A DNA stretch of 64,000 bases from Balanoglossus misakiensis (lineage: Eukaryota; Animalia; Hemichordata): positions 15,547,028 to 15,611,027 of the forward strand of contig CM082576.2 of the NCBI GenBank assembly GCA_040954595.2, read 5' to 3'. Made by a program: the position numbers and the translations under genes. Under the pieces are notes generated by a model. The model saw only the letters and a list, made by a program, of their open reading frames with translations, did no database searches and was not told the origin of the DNA. Positions 1-14,298 of the stretch are shown here, one piece after another (within the stretch, counting starts at the first letter, position 1; every line of letters starts with the position of its first letter).

Positions 1-1691
1 AGCCTTTGCAGGACGGCGGCACTGCTGGATTGCGTCGAGCGGAAACAGCTGTGGCTGCACAAAGTGGACGACTTGTTCATGAGCGGGCAACGCACGGACA
101 TATTTTTCAACAGGAAAGAGGGTGATGGAGTGGCAGCCGTTCTCAGAGTTCAGAAACGCGCAAAACGCCTCGGCAAGGACGTGTCAGTTCTAATTGCGTT
201 GAACAGGTATTGTTTTTTTTTTGACATTTTACATTCAGTATTGTTAACCAGGACTGGGAAGAAACGCATCTGGTGAGATAGGCCCTCGAATGAAACACCG
301 GGTCAAAAATAACTTACACCGGATTGACTTTACCCCTCCAAAAATAGATTCAAGAATTGTACTCAAAACCCAAACAGTAAACATACAGTTTGTATTAGTA
401 AATTCGTTATTTATATAAATTTAATTTTGTATTCATTTCAGATATCTGCCGACACCAACACACGCGGGAGTTCTATCGGCGACTGCCCTGACAACTGTGA
501 ACTTTGGGGACCAGAGTGGCGAGGCGTGCATAGCTTGCGAGGTGCCTTATATGGATGCCGACCTTTGGCACGAATTGGCAGAGAAAGATTTCACATCGAA
601 ATTTGGCGCAAAGGAAAGGTTGCATTTTGCCCGGGATGTCGCAGTGACCTGTCGGTCAATGTCACTTGCAGGATTCCCATTACAAGACTTGCGCATTACT
701 AACGTATTGGTGAGATAATTTTAGTATATTGAAAGTATATGTCTTGTTGACGTTATACTCATTTTCTAAATCAAACATCTTCAGTTGATATAAGCACATG
801 GCTCAAGCTATAGTATGTGTACGAAACGAAATACTGCTATTAAAGCAGTCCGAACAAAAATTATAATCACAGACACCTGTACTGTCTAAGATCATACAAA
901 GAGTAGTTGCCCAAGGACAGTCAAAAAAGATTTGAGCAGTCTACACTGACTGTTTCGTAATATTCTTAAAATTATGAAACGCTTCCAGTAGCAATTTTTG
1001 CTCCATTTTTGTGCTATTTTTGGTGTTGTTGATGTAAAGCAAAGGAATTTGAGTTCTGATGCACTTATTAAAACGGTTTACAAATAAAAGTCACCAAACA
1101 CTACACGCCCAACGGAGTCTTGCTACTGTGCAACCAACCACATGAATGCTTCGATATAAAAATTCCAAAAGGTACAAAAATTTACCTAAGTTTTCTTAGT
1201 GCCTTTGCAGACGACACTTATATATGCATTGCTGTTGTACCAACGATGTTCGGGTTCTTTTTCAGATTCAGAAGGGGCATTCCCGACGACACGCCATTGT
1301 TAACACCTTGAAACCACGCGACGACAACACCCTGTACCCGGACGGAAAGCCGCCTTTCCACGTTCCTCCCGAGGACCATCGCAGCGGCGGCGGTCAGTGC
1401 AGCGGGTACCGCAGCGACACTGACCACAGCACCGTCTATGCCTTCGGGGTGTTGCTGTGGCTACTGGTCTTGGGTAAATACGTCAGGATACCTCATCACG
1501 AAGACCACGCGGAGAGTGTGAAAGTAGTTGAGGAGGAAATGAAAACCGCGCGTGTCGATGACAACCTTAAAAAGCTCATCGCAAGATGTTTGTCATTCGA
1601 GAAGGGAAAGCGGCCCAGCTGGGATGAAATTCTTGAAGAACTTAACAAGCCGTTTGCACGCAGAAAGGACGATATGTCAACCGCAGTGTGA
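1..1691 (+). CDS. DSTYK-like paralog 1: 3' end only, pseudokinase domain (5' part upstream of window)
   Basis: Exons <1-206, 442-709, 1266-1691 join in frame via GT-AG introns (phases 2 and 0, same positions as paralog 2). Kinase-fold remnants: ERLHFARDVA, LQDLRITNVL (catalytic loop), PFHVPPE, TVYAFGVLLWLL, RPSWDEILEEL. The beta3 Lys is Arg (AVLR) and DFG/DLG is absent (IVNT). Confidence 0.8.
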
Positions 1692-2364
1692 TCACTTTAA
1701 GTTTAACCTCAATCCTGTTCCAACAAAAATTGTGTCTCATGTGTTACACAAAACACGGACATATAGCTGACGTTCTCGCTTTCAAACACGATTTAACATA
1801 CCTGTAACTAAATTTTAGAACAGTAGGCGAATCAATGTAACAACTGGCGATAATAAGTTAGGAATTAATTTTAGGAATTAATTTTCGTAAAAATGAGCAC
1901 AGCAAAAACCCTAGTAGCCAACAGTTTCAGTCATTAAGTATCAAGACATTCTGTGATGTGAAACTTTACGCCACAAAAGTGTTTTTCATACAAAAAGCGA
2001 CTTACAGCGAATTTAAATATCATGTATTTCGTTTTCATATCCTTCCTGTGTTTTGCCGTTTATTGTGCATTCTTATTGATAAAGAAAATTAAAGGGGGTA
2101 TAGAGTTTGTAGAGAAATATTCCCAGCTGTTTTTACGTGAAATTTTGATGTAGTCTTGGCATTATCACAGTTTGGATCACACTTAATCAAGAAGCTGATA
2201 ACACAATATCAACCGGGTGACAGCAATGGGGATGCTACTTGTCGGAAACAGCTGTACTTTATCTTGACAAATCTTCGGTGTCTTTGACTCCGTGACCTCT
2301 TCTGTCCTGGCAGAGGCAGTGCTGACGTGTCGCAGCACAGGTAGCGATATCTACGTTGCTAACG

Positions 2365-2365
2365 C

Positions 2366-2409
<44 letters not shown>
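2365..2409. repeat. (CAA)n microsatellite
   Basis: About 15 tandem CAA units read directly. Confidence 0.95.
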
Positions 2410-2411
<2 letters not shown>

Positions 2412-3866
2412 TACGCAGCACACCATAGTGAAACCACAGTTCCGTCATGTAATACGAATTGAAATGATTGAATTAAAATCATCAAAATGTGATACTCAAA
2501 ACTACTGAAGTCATGCCACATGCTGGTCGACTTTTTTGCCCTCTGAAAGGGTCTGAAGCTATTCGTTTTAATACTGTACATTTAAATGTGATTAATCAAA
2601 TACCGATAGTTTCCGTCTGTGCCATATGCGTTGATTGGACTCTTGTTGTTCATGCAGTATGCTCCTTGACAATGTAAGCAGAAATCCGCAAACATGCTTA
2701 TCACGCGATGGACGCATAAAATCGATTCTTTCGGTATGTGTTCTAATATCAGGTTGTATGATGATATCGAACGAATTCCTTTGCACGACATGACCTGCTA
2801 GGCTTGTGAACCGAATAAGTAGATCACATGTTGAAGTGTAAATTTGAACAGTGGTCAAATGACAGTCACGCGAGACACTTGTCAGGAAGGGAAAATATTT
2901 ATGTTGACAAATTTGCAAGACAAATGTGCGAGACAATGCAGCTGTGTCGCCTTTGCCCAGAGGCGTGAGTCTTCAAACAGGCCCCGGCAGGTAATGATCA
3001 CTCGGGCTGCAAACGCCGACCACGCGATTTTCGTCAAAGTGAAAGTGAAAATGCACTCGCTTTTTGTGGTCTCCATGAACTCAAATTCTCCACAATGCTA
3101 GTGTGTCTATAGAGTGTATGTTAGAAGCGGATCAATACCGACAGTTTGGTTTAGGAGCGATAGAGTTTCGACCAGAGGGTCTGCACCATCCAACCCAAAA
3201 ATGTATTAAGTACCCCCCCCCCACACACACACACGAGAGCCTTCGCAACAACCACACTAATTTCTTTATCACAGCATTGTATATAAGCGGCGCATATATT
3301 TTCACTTTGTAAAAAATGATGTCTAATGAAAATATAATCTTCAGAACATGCCAGTAAACAGTGCAACAATAAACGTTAAAACGATAGTAATAATACACGC
3401 AATGGCAGCTGCGAAATTACAGTGGATATTCTACAAAGAACAATGCCAATCATTTGCTTTAGTACATATCTTTTCAAGCAATCATTTTGTTCAAGTAAAA
3501 TTCGTTGAGATATTTACAACCTGGGTCGTGAAAGGTTGCGCATGTGCCGCCACTGTTATTCAGTATAGAACTAGGGGACACGTTTCAGAAACCGAACCAG
3601 AAAAAGAAAAACACACAGAAAAACACGAAGTTAATCATTCACCTTGTGACCCTTGTCTGGTAGACATGTAAATGAATCACCGCTCGGCCCACCCTCCAAC
3701 ACGTCATATAGTTGGAAACGCAACGGTAACGTATCATAGTAGTCTTTCGCTTTGTTGGTTTGTCGGTCAGTCGGCCGGGTTCAGTTTAGCACTTATATAC
3801 CGAGGGCTTGATTTGTGTACGAATTCAGACACTGTAGACAATATATAGTTGGAGTACGGACCAAAC

Positions 3867-6800
3867 ATGGCTACCGCCACAATGCCCAGTGGCTGGCAGA
3901 GCCTAGAAAGGTGTTCGTTGCAGGAAAGCACGACATCCAGCTCAGCTGGGAGAGTTAAGCAGCTTAAGAGCGAATTTGCCGCGTACGTTCGTGACTCTAA
4001 GGAAATTTTGCAGTTAAAGAAAGACACTGTCGCCAGATACTCAGAGATGAAGGAGTCACTCTCGGATGAGTTGAAGAAGACACTGAACGACTACAACGTG
4101 AACCTCCTTGCACCAGACGTCCAGAAAAGGATCGATCGAGTTCAACAAAAGCCGAACCTGATCGTCATCGGGCAGACCAACTCGGGAAAGAGTTCGCTCG
4201 TCAACGAGCTCCTGCGGGGTACCGTTCTCACGATGAGACAAATACCGTGCACGGCGCGTTTGGTTAAAGTCAGGTACGGAGTTCCGCAACAAGTGATGGT
4301 GAAGTCACCGGACGGTCGCATTTTAGAAAGAAAAGAACTGAAGAAGAAAACCATTCCTAAAGAGCTGGTGGAACTCACCGACGAACAACGAAGAGATCCC
4401 AGAATGATAGGTAGTTACGTTGTCGCAGAACTAAACAACGAGTTTCTAGCTAGTGGGATAGAAATAGTCGATTCACCCGGGCTGCAAGAAAACGAGAAAC
4501 TGGACGAAATAGTTTTGGGTGAGCTGGCCAAGAGCATCCCATTTGTTGTCTACGTGCTGGATGGCAAAAACCAGTTCACCGAACAGGTATGTAAACGTTC
4601 CCATACGACAAAGTACATGAATAGCGAATAATTATAAAAAACACTATTACCTGTACGTTCTGGATGTTTTTCTCAGTACTTTTCTGTATCAATATCATTT
4701 TAACACGATTGGAACTATTCTGGGATAATTGCATAAACTCTGTAAAACTCTCAGCACACTGCATGTAGCCTACACATTCAACATATTTAACATTTTATTA
4801 TTTTGTTTTGCTTTATTTCGGTCAAACAATGACAGAAATAACACATTCTCCCAAAGTACAACGATATTTATAGTTATGTACACATTTTAGCGGTATGCAA
4901 TTATCCCAAAATAGTTCCAATCGTGTTTTTTCTTGTTCTCCTCCCGGCCTATATAGTTTCACAAGACGCCCATTTTTCTACTTGTCAACATGTCGTGAAT
5001 GTGTAATAATCATCGTTACTGTCGACAAATGATGTATATGTAGTCAAGTCCGGGCTCCATGTAATTTTAAACAATAAAAATGTCGATTCACCAAATACAG
5101 GCCTGCTTCCGGGAGTCGAACAAGAAACTACAGTATAATGATACACGGAATAAAACACTGAAAATAACCAAAAGTTACAAATACTAGACCTTTAAACATG
5201 GAGGTCGGTTAGGGCCAAGTATTTCCAATTTCTAACATTGCCGCAGTGAAACGTTAACGGTATGTCTAGATCATTACAGTCTGTCTATCCCTGCATGCTT
5301 ATGGAATTATTCTTGAAACAATTTCGACAGGACCGAAGTGACATCAGAAAGATACGCGACAAGACTGACGCGATTTTCTACGTGGTTACCAAGGTTGATC
5401 GCGACGAAGATGACGTCAGAGACGAAGTGACAGTGGTACGAGAAAAGAAGACGCGTGCGTATGACAGTCTGGTGAGGGAAGGACTCCTTCCGGGTGGCGT
5501 TCGCATGGAGGACTGTGATCGTTTCCACGGCATATCCAACTGGAAAGTCAAGGAATATCGTAGAAAGAAGCTTTCTGGACCAGATGCGTTCGTCGACGAC
5601 TTCAACAGATTCCAACAGTGCCTTTGCGACTTTGTAAGCTCGTCTCTGAACGCCATCATTCTCAGCTCAAGTCATATCCTACTCGCATCACACACGAGTT
5701 GCATGACTTTCTTTATTGGGGCGGCAACCAAGGCCAGACTGCGTGAAGAGCTCTGTCTGAAGGCGGACAGTGATCGGCAACAGTGCAAAGACTATGAAAG
5801 CAGAGTCTTTTCCGAAGCCATGGAAAAACTCAGAAGTCAGAAGGAGGCCACGAAGAGAACAATAGCCGCGGACATCACGAAGCAAACGGGTCAAATCATA
5901 GCAAAAGCCAGGCAGTACCAGTTCAAAGGTGTGTTGGTAGACCAAAAGGTTAAGAAAGGTGACGTACTTGAAAATTGCACCAAGCAAATTGTAGAGCTTG
6001 TTGTCGACAGTGTAGCCACGAACACCGGGGCAGCCCTTCGAGCCCAGTTTAAGACCCAAGACGAGCAACTTCAGAAACTTTCAAAGGAGATTGAACAACT
6101 TGGAAGGCAAAGTGGCAACCGTCACATTTCGGCGATGCTTAAGAACTGTACCATGGCCTCTTACAAGGCAGAGAGTAAGTCCTTCCTGCAAGAGCAACGA
6201 TCGTCCTTCTTTGGCAAGGTGAAGAACTTCCTGAAGACCCTGTTCACCAACCCGCTAAGCCTTTTCAGTTCCACCGTGAAAGTTGATGAAAAATGGAAAC
6301 AGGGCGTCGCCGAGAAGACATTGGAACGGATAGATTCTGGCCAGGTCGCTGATCTTGTCATTGGCCAAGCCGAAGCGCACCTGAGGAAGTGCCAAGCTCA
6401 ATTTCAAGAAGCGATCGAGCAGATTGCGGGTTTGCAGAAAACTGCGCTCCAATGTAGTGAGATTGACGCTGAAAAGCTGAGGAAAATCGCTCCTAAAATA
6501 GCTGAACTGGAGCTGTCAGTGTATACCGTGATCGACCGGCGGGAATTTGGCATACCGAAACGGGGTAAAAAGATCGGGGAAGGAGGCCAGGCGAGCGTTT
6601 ATGAATGTGGTAGAATGGGCGAAGGCGGACTGGAGTGCGTCGTGAAGATAGTGAGCATGCGCGCTGGGGTACACATAAACACCGACGTTGCAATGGAGGT
6701 GCATTATGTGAGGTGGGTTGACACCCATAATTTGTCTTACTTCAAATATCAACCTGGAAACTAATATTGCCGCCGTTATGATTCTCTAACCAAATCATAT

Positions 6801-7909
6801 TCTTTGCACGCCCGTAGGTCCATCGAACACGAGAGAATATTGCCACTGTTAGCCAGCATCAAAGTGGGAGACGAATTGTATCTCGTGAGCCCGCGTATGA
6901 AATGGGATCTACAGGCAGCATTACCGAATATAAGAAGACTCAAAGATAGACTGAAGATCGCTCTCCAAATATCTGAGGGAATTGAATTTTTACACAGCCG
7001 AGAAATCGTACACCGCGATATCAAAGCAGCGAACATTTTGGTTAGTAACATAGTCGTTCATCTTTTGGAATTTAGTGATTTAATTATTTTTTTCTCTCCG
7101 TACTGCAGGCTGAATTTGAGTATTATGTGGCGCGATTATTTGGTACGGTCATCTGCTGGAGATATGCAATTGTTGTAACAAAACATGATTTCGCGGCATG
7201 GAATTAAATTATTAAAATTTGCATGACAATAATCTACATAACTCAACCATCGACCATATCATAACGCCAGAAAAGGTACTTCTGAGATATTAGTGATCAA
7301 AATTCTCCAGTGTTTTTCTGCAAATTAAATTTTATAGTGAAATGACCCCTTCCGGAATTTCCGGTCTACAACACCACTACCATCCACTACCGATAAGTCG
7401 TTTACGGCGCAGGTTTGCCGGAATTCTGTTAAAATACCGCTGCCTACCAGGCGAGCTATACATGTGTAGCTGCATACTTTTAACGGGATGATTTTCCCCC
7501 TGTCTGTATTACCTAGCTCGACAACGAAAACGATGTCAAGATAGCGGATCTGGGTCTGTGTAAGGTTGAAGCTTTCATGAATGCGTCGGTCGTGGGAACC
7601 CCTCTTCACATGCCGCCGGAAGTTTCGCTGGGAGTGCGGTACGACAAATCAGTGGACGTCTACGCCTTTGGGATACTGCTCTGGTTAATCTACGACGGGA
7701 CGGGAAGTCTGCCTCGAGGCTTGGTGCTGGGGCTCATCATTTGCCCGCCGCTGATGAGCGCCGCTGGATTCCGTCCAGAAAGATTACCTGCTTTTGACGA
7801 ACGCAGTTGGGCCCTGATGGAGAGTTGTTGGAGAGCTGAGTCGTCTTCGCGACCGAGTTTTGCAGTTATCACAAAGGAGCTGCGATCCATCATTGGATCT
7901 AAGCGGTAA
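3867..7909 (+). CDS. DSTYK-like paralog 2: intact dynamin-type GTPase + helical region + intact Ser/Thr/Tyr kinase (~905 aa)
   Basis: Exons 3867-4586, 5331-6712, 6818-7040, 7517-7909 (all GT-AG, total 2718 nt, in frame). GTPase motifs: G1 GQTNSGKS, G2 IPCT, G3 DSPG, G4 TKVD. Kinase motifs: GEGGQASV, VVK, alphaC E, HRDIKAAN, and KIADLGLCKVEAFMNASVVGTPLHMPPE, which resembles the DSTYK signature [25 protein letters not shown]. Confidence 0.92.
4702..4927. mobile_element. Small inverted-repeat element (MITE-like) in intron 1 of paralog 2
   Basis: aacacgattggaactattctgggataattgcata (4702-4735) is near-perfectly complementary to tatgcaattatcccaaaatagttccaatcgtgtt (4894-4927). Confidence 0.6.
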
Positions 7910-8339
7910 AATAATGACAAATAACACCAGAATAACATTGACTGATGAAAACTGTTGGTCGAGATTAGATCAAACCCCACGGTGGACGGACTTTGACAGG
8001 AGAACGCTACAAATATGCTTGTGGTTTTGATCTTGAACTATCACGGTAGAATGCTATCTTTAAATAAGAACTTCACATTTCAACACTTTACATATTGTAT
8101 GGACAGTGACTGCAAAATCTTGCCCCGTTTTCTAGGTTGAAATTTATGGCACATTCAACCTTTCCCCTGTTAACGCAGAGTTGCATGAAATAATTGAATA
8201 TGGCGGTACCTATACTCTTGACACGTTGCACAAGCGAAAGCTAAAATCTAGGGTACGAAAGAGAAAGATCGATATTTCCTTCCGCACTGTTTATCCAGAT
8301 TACTTGCAGCAACACAGAGGCAATCGGCATGTCAGTTTA

Positions 8340-8532
8340 GTTTCGAATTTTGGACTGAGCTCACGGTTTCGGTTAGCGTCGACCAAGCCTACGCGTTCCC
8401 TTGACGTACCGTACGAGCTCACACCGGGTGACTTTTACTTCACACACCGTACATAAAGAAATTCGGAACAAGTTTTTTTAAATGTATTTAATATTATGAA
8501 ATAATGAAGACCATAGACTTGGAGCAAGTCTA
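8340..8532. repeat. Dispersed repeat; shorter related copy at ~59738-59826
   Basis: Both loci share tttcgaatt..ggactgagct, tagcgtcgacc..tacgcgttccc and ataatgaag.ccatagacttggagcaagtcta. Confidence 0.65.
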
Positions 8533-10492
8533 AGTGTGTGATTACAGAAGAACGATATCGAGCTTGAAACCTTCCCCCATTTTATTTACTTTTGTGACGT
8601 GATTCTACTCTTTGTTACTCATACACTTTGGTTCTGAATGTACTCTTCTAGCAGCTCGATATGGACAGAAACACGGAAAGTAATAAAATCTGTGCCTCAT
8701 ATCGGACTTTGGTCTTCTGTCTCTGTTTTCCACACTAACACTTACGTTCAGGAATAGTTTCCGAAATGAAAAAAACCCGTATGGTCAACGTAGGTTGCTC
8801 AAATATGACTTTGTTGAATATTTTCACCTATAGAAAAACCATTGGTGAAAAAATACTGGCTTTGCTTGTTTCCATCATCTATTGATTTCGCGGCCTCGTA
8901 TTTCATAAACAGGGACTGCTGTGGAAGCTATTACGGATTTTATTATACTAAAAAATGGGAATCCAAAAATCCGCAATTAAAAAAGAAAATACATTTTCAC
9001 TTTAACGATCATGCATCTTTAATAATACCTTCAGGTAAATGTCGATGGGATACACATATATGTTGCAGCTAAAGTGAGTCCAGGCGGAAGTAAGAACGTC
9101 TTATACATCTCAAGGAAAAAAAAATCGGAAGGACAACTCATGCACTGGGTGGAAAATTCGACGCTCCCAGGATTTTAACTTAGATGGTACATAAGCATAG
9201 CAATATTAACAAAGAGTCAAGTCACTCTAAAGTGAAAGTGAAAGACGCACGTAAATTTTATATGATCTCCAAACATCGTTTCAGCACTACCTGCTCAACT
9301 GCCATTCTGAGATTATACCAGTATGTTGATGCTGTACATATGTGTGACAATAACAGTGCTATATTCTATAATACTATGATTGGAACCTGAAATCATTTTG
9401 TGCCAAATTAAAAAAATAGTGCAGTATAATAATGCCAATACCCCTAGGTGTTTGTATGCCACACGCTTCGCTAACCACCAGTTCATTCCATATGCGCATG
9501 CGCAATTATACGAGACCTGGGACAACTGTAAAATGCAACCGCAAAACTAAATCATCAATTGTATTTCACCAGAACCAGCAGTCGCCAAATCGATACATTA
9601 ATGTCATCTCATGACTGATTGCAAAAATCTAGCATTGATCACAGGTTTATTCTCCGATAAATAATTTCATGATTGCTTTATCAGTTTGTCAGACGTTTTT
9701 TCCGCGCCCTATACAATAATCTAGCAGCAGATTTAGGTCGACAGCAGACAATCGCCGACTTGGACAGGATTCAATGCGGGAACGTTTGTGCTGTGACCCC
9801 AAAATGATTTAGTTACCATGCATGCACCGTTTTGGTTTGTGGTATTTGCGTGTTTATGGCTTCTGTGTGTCACAATCACTCTGGCAAAGCTCCTAATTTT
9901 GCTTGCATTACACCCTGCTATGTGACCAAAGTTTGCAATGAAGTGTCTGCATGGACTAAATACACCCACCATGCAGGTTTCAAGTTGTAAAGCTGAGCAA
10001 CTGATAAGAACAGCAGTTAACCTGTAAAAAATTATGACCCTCTTTAGCTTTAGCGGCTGATAACGATCGACTTGTGCACCTGTCGAGTCAAAACGCAACC
10101 AAAACGAGCGCACTCAGGTGCAAGATTCAACTCTTCATCTTTTGAATTCAGACTGAAGTTGAAATTCAATTCACACTTATAAAATTAATAAACTAGTAAT
10201 TAACGGGGTGTGCTTCCTTCCAGTTAGAAAAAAAAGAAAGAAATTGCAGAGCAGCTGATGTTTTACCGTGGTTACCACTGCGGACTTAACAAAGTCAGAT
10301 GGCCAGTGAAGAATCAGAGAATTGTTATTTTGTCTGGCGTATCCATCACTCTAGGGTGAATAGTAGCTTGTTGCCGCACTGAATCATCACGCGACTGTCT
10401 TTCTCGGTCAGAAAAACCCTGTTTCGTTTTTGACGGTGACATTTTTGAGGACGGTCGCCATATGTGGCACTGACGTCATTTCACCCTTAAAG

Positions 10493-13400
10493 CTACCGTA
10501 CCGACATGCTAATCAGTTGGTCGGCTGTCATGTCTGCTTTGAAGCACGCTTGAATGATCCCCCAGAAAGCCCCGCTGCAACTCGGTGGCCTGGTCGTCGT
10601 ACCTGCACTGGCCCCAAATTCACCTCCGCAGAGCCAGAGAAGCAAACGACCCAAGGCCTCGATATCAACCACTGCGTTTTCTTTTCGAAGTACCTGGAAA
10701 TTGCCCTTAGCGATATTTATCAGGCCTCGCTGGTTGGACGTCACCTGTTTGAAAATACAAACAATTACAAAATTCTTAGGTGTTTTAAAAAAACGGGCAG
10801 GTAGTACTATTGCAAAAATAATCACTGCGTTTCAAAATTAAACAGGACCGATTAAGCTTCGTCCTCAATTAAAGACTAACACTGGCAAACACGCTGTTTT
10901 AGTCTTTGTTTTCAAAAAAGAGGTTTGGATATAAAGGTTTTTCTGAAAATAAGGCGAGTACTACCTTAAGGTAAAATTACATACCATTATACTTTGTGGT
11001 TTTACGTTGTTGAAGATTACACCACAAGAGTGTATGGACTTCAGTCCTTTGGCTAGGTCAAGCGCTAAAGTAATGTGTCTATCAGGAGAAATCTTTGCTT
11101 CGTCCAATTTGCCCTGAACCTTCTGCATGACCATGTACAGAGTTTCCGGGTTTGGAAGCCACCAGCTGCTTACTCGCAGTAAATTCTCGCTGGGTTTCAG
11201 TAATCTGAAATGAGCAAATGTGCAGTAATACATGATGGGGTGGTACCACACACTCGTGAATTTTACATGTATGTAACATTATATGTTTTAAGGGAGAAGT
11301 GGTGAATGTAGCAATGATTGACCTAACGTGGGGAATCAAAATGCGGTAGAAAAAAATCCTACGAAGCATGGTTGCTTAAATATCTTCACCTGCCAAAATA
11401 GACCATTTTCCTAACTCCTCGAGACCTTGCGAGATCTCGCGTGGCTAGGCAGCTTATTTGTGATGGCATTCTCATGCGACACAGAACAAACAGCATATCA
11501 TTCACCTATTCTTGTTCTATGCAAAACTTGACTTGTCTTAGCAACCCATTGTAATGGTAATTAACTAAGTCTCGTGAGATCTCGCAATGAGCGGAAAGTC
11601 ATCTATTACATGGTAACATACTTCACTCATTGAAAAAAGTCATCACAGAAACTTTTCCACTATTGACAGAATTAAACCCACTTACCCCGAGTAGTAGATA
11701 CTCTTTATCGTCTCCGACCATCGCCCGCCATCTGACGCTGTCACTGCACGTACAATGTATTGACTACCATCTTTTGGATTCCATTGATCAACGCAGAGAA
11801 ATACCTGACTGTGTTTGCCTTTGGAAGTCATGCCACCAAGCACCATCGGGCCGTGTTCCACTTCAAACACAGCGCTTCTGCTCTCAACTTCTACCTGGGC
11901 AAGTTGCGAGATCATAAGGGAAAAAATTGTGGTTGTCTTCTGTAACTCCAACACCACTCCCTCCGTAACGGACATCAGTAGATGGAGTCCTTTCTCTACA
12001 GCTCTGACGTAAGTCTCAATCTCTACTGTTGATTTGTTCAGGACGACATCACTGAAACGTCCCGCATCGAGTTTAGCCATCAATACATCTAGAAAACTGT
12101 TCGCGTCATCCACGGACGGTGCTTTCGCTGCGTTTGTCTTGTAGGGGGTTAATGTCACATCCACCATTTTTTCTGTGTCAAACACTTTCATCAATTCCTG
12201 GAGGATGGCTCTCCTGATTCTACGCAGGAAGGACAGGTTGAGGATTTCAAATGCTGTGAGAACCTCTAAGTCTTTTCCATCCATACCAAAGTGTTTTAAA
12301 CCTGTGACAGCTTGGTTTAAAACATGCAGCTTGTCCTTGACATGCGACAGCACTTTTGATGCAAATGTATCCAATCTGCTGCTCTCGTCGATGATGCTGT
12401 TAATGATGCGATTTCTCAGTTCATACCCGAGGGACAGGTATTCAAGATACCTTTGGAAGTGATCGGGAGATTCGTGGAGGCCTGACTCGATGTAATTCTT
12501 GACGTCGGATATCAATATCTTCAGGTGGATGGCAGCGGCGCTGGCGGGCACAATGGCCAGCACGTCATCAACGACGGCCCTGACTTTCTCTGATGTCTTG
12601 CGGTTGATATCCGAGAGCAGGGACTGAATTTCTCGCTTTTCACCCTGCAGCACGGGCTTCACTGAGTCGAGGAAACGTACCATCGCGGTCTTGATCTCTT
12701 CACGAGATGAGGTCAGCTTGGCTTGGTGTTCATCCAGCTTCCCGACGGAGACGGGTCCGTGCGAGGAAACCAGTCGGTGACACACCAGTTCCGATCTCAG
12801 TCGAATGATCGCCTCCTTGATGTCTCTCCTGCAAGCCTGGTCCACAAAGTCAGCGAGAGTGCCCTTGAATACCTCAAAGTTGGACAAGAATTTGTCGCCG
12901 GCGTTTGGTTTACTCTCCCTTCGAGCCTGCTTCACTCTGTGCATTGACAACCCATGAAAACCCCCTGATAAAGATTCACTGATGGGAATATTGTTATTGC
13001 GCAAACCTTCTTCTACTAGAGCGAACTTCTTCTCTGACAAGTCCGTCGAAGCCAAACTGAGAGACACCTGATCTACGTCCACCGCTTCAGAATCAGAATC
13101 CGAGTCGGATGGCTCATCCATGTCTGCTGCCCGACAGTCTTCTTCCATTTTGTTCCCAGCATACAACAGTTGTAGTTGGGGATAGGTCTCACGAAAATAC
13201 TGAATGGTATGAAGGTCCTGAAGTATTTAAAAAAAGAACCATAGTATTCCAGTAAATTAACATTTGCCAAAAGGAACACCAATTACTGAATTTTTTTGAG
13301 TAAGCATACCCATAAGATAGATAGATAGATAGATAGTTTTATTTCACCAGAAAGATGCATTTTACATAACTGGTGCGGACCAGGGAAGTAGTTCTAGTGG

Positions 13401-14298
13401 AACTAGTCGTGTCCCTGGCCCTAAATACATACAAATCATTGAAACAATTAATATAATTGCCAATTCATATCACAAAACAATAGTTGGTAGTCAAACAACG
13501 CGGTGACAAAGTAAACAGGTTTATAAAAGAAGACACTATGTAAAACGCGTGTGAACATTTTCATGGATACCAGGCGCTATATAAATTCATTATCGTATCG
13601 TATATACCTGTTTTGTTGTGGGGGGTTGGCACGAATTTTTTGTACGCCAGCAGCATTTAAATGGTATTCGCCACTGTCGAAAATGTGAATATTTTTCTAA
13701 ACATTCTTACCTCTGCTCGTAGAGACATGTTGCCGTCAATGAGGTAGACCAGCACAGGCATATATCTCCCATTGTGCACTATTTCCATGAGTTCCTGGGT
13801 GGTTTCGAGATTCTCTATAGCAGGCAAATCCAGAAACTCTACGCCCAATTTCAATAACGGGTGGTTTAACCCAACCTCTGCCATCTTGTCCAGCAAGCGC
13901 TCGCTGCTCTCCCGGGTGATATGTCTTTGCAGTGATTCTGGCGTGTGTATATCCAGTAGTGTTTTCGAACCCGCCACTTCGGTACCGTCCTTGTGCAGCA
14001 CTCGAACGTAAGGTACCTCGCTGAACTTAACGGAAACGATTCGAGACAGACAAGCCGTATCGCTCACTGGTATAAGATCTTGACAAAGCAGTTCATTTAT
14101 CAAGGAAGTCTTTCCGCAGTTCGGGCGACCAATCACACCTATGGACACTGGCCGCGTGAAGTTGCCATCAATAATACGCGACTCCGCGGGTCTTTTGTTG
14201 AGCAGGCGACGAATGTCATTTTCTACCTTCATAGACCTGTTTATCAGGCTTTGAACGTTGGCAAGTCTTCGCTGGCGAGCATCAAATACGGCCTCCAT
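10493..14298 (-). CDS. DSTYK-like paralog 3: degenerate dynamin-type GTPase + helical region + truncated pseudokinase (~863 aa)
   Basis: Exons 14298-13711, 13217-11686, 11204-10985, 10744-10493 (GT-AG, phases 0, 2, 0). G1 GRPNCGKT is intact, but G2 Thr is lost (ACL), G3 is DLPA and G4 is NKME. Kinase: beta3 IVR, HRD replaced by FNN, DFG by NIA, and the activation segment/APE is missing. The last exon end is slightly uncertain. Confidence 0.87.
11397..11607. mobile_element. MITE-like element (AATAG...CTATT ends); related copy at ~22706-22871
   Basis: aatagaccattttcc.aactcc...gagatctcg.gtggctagg is shared by both loci; internal inverted gcgagatctc/gagatctcgc. Confidence 0.6.

Noticed and set aside
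13315-13425. (GATA)n plus a hairpin resembling a LINE 3' end in intron 1 of paralog 3
   Set aside because: Too short, with no coding remnant to support a call.
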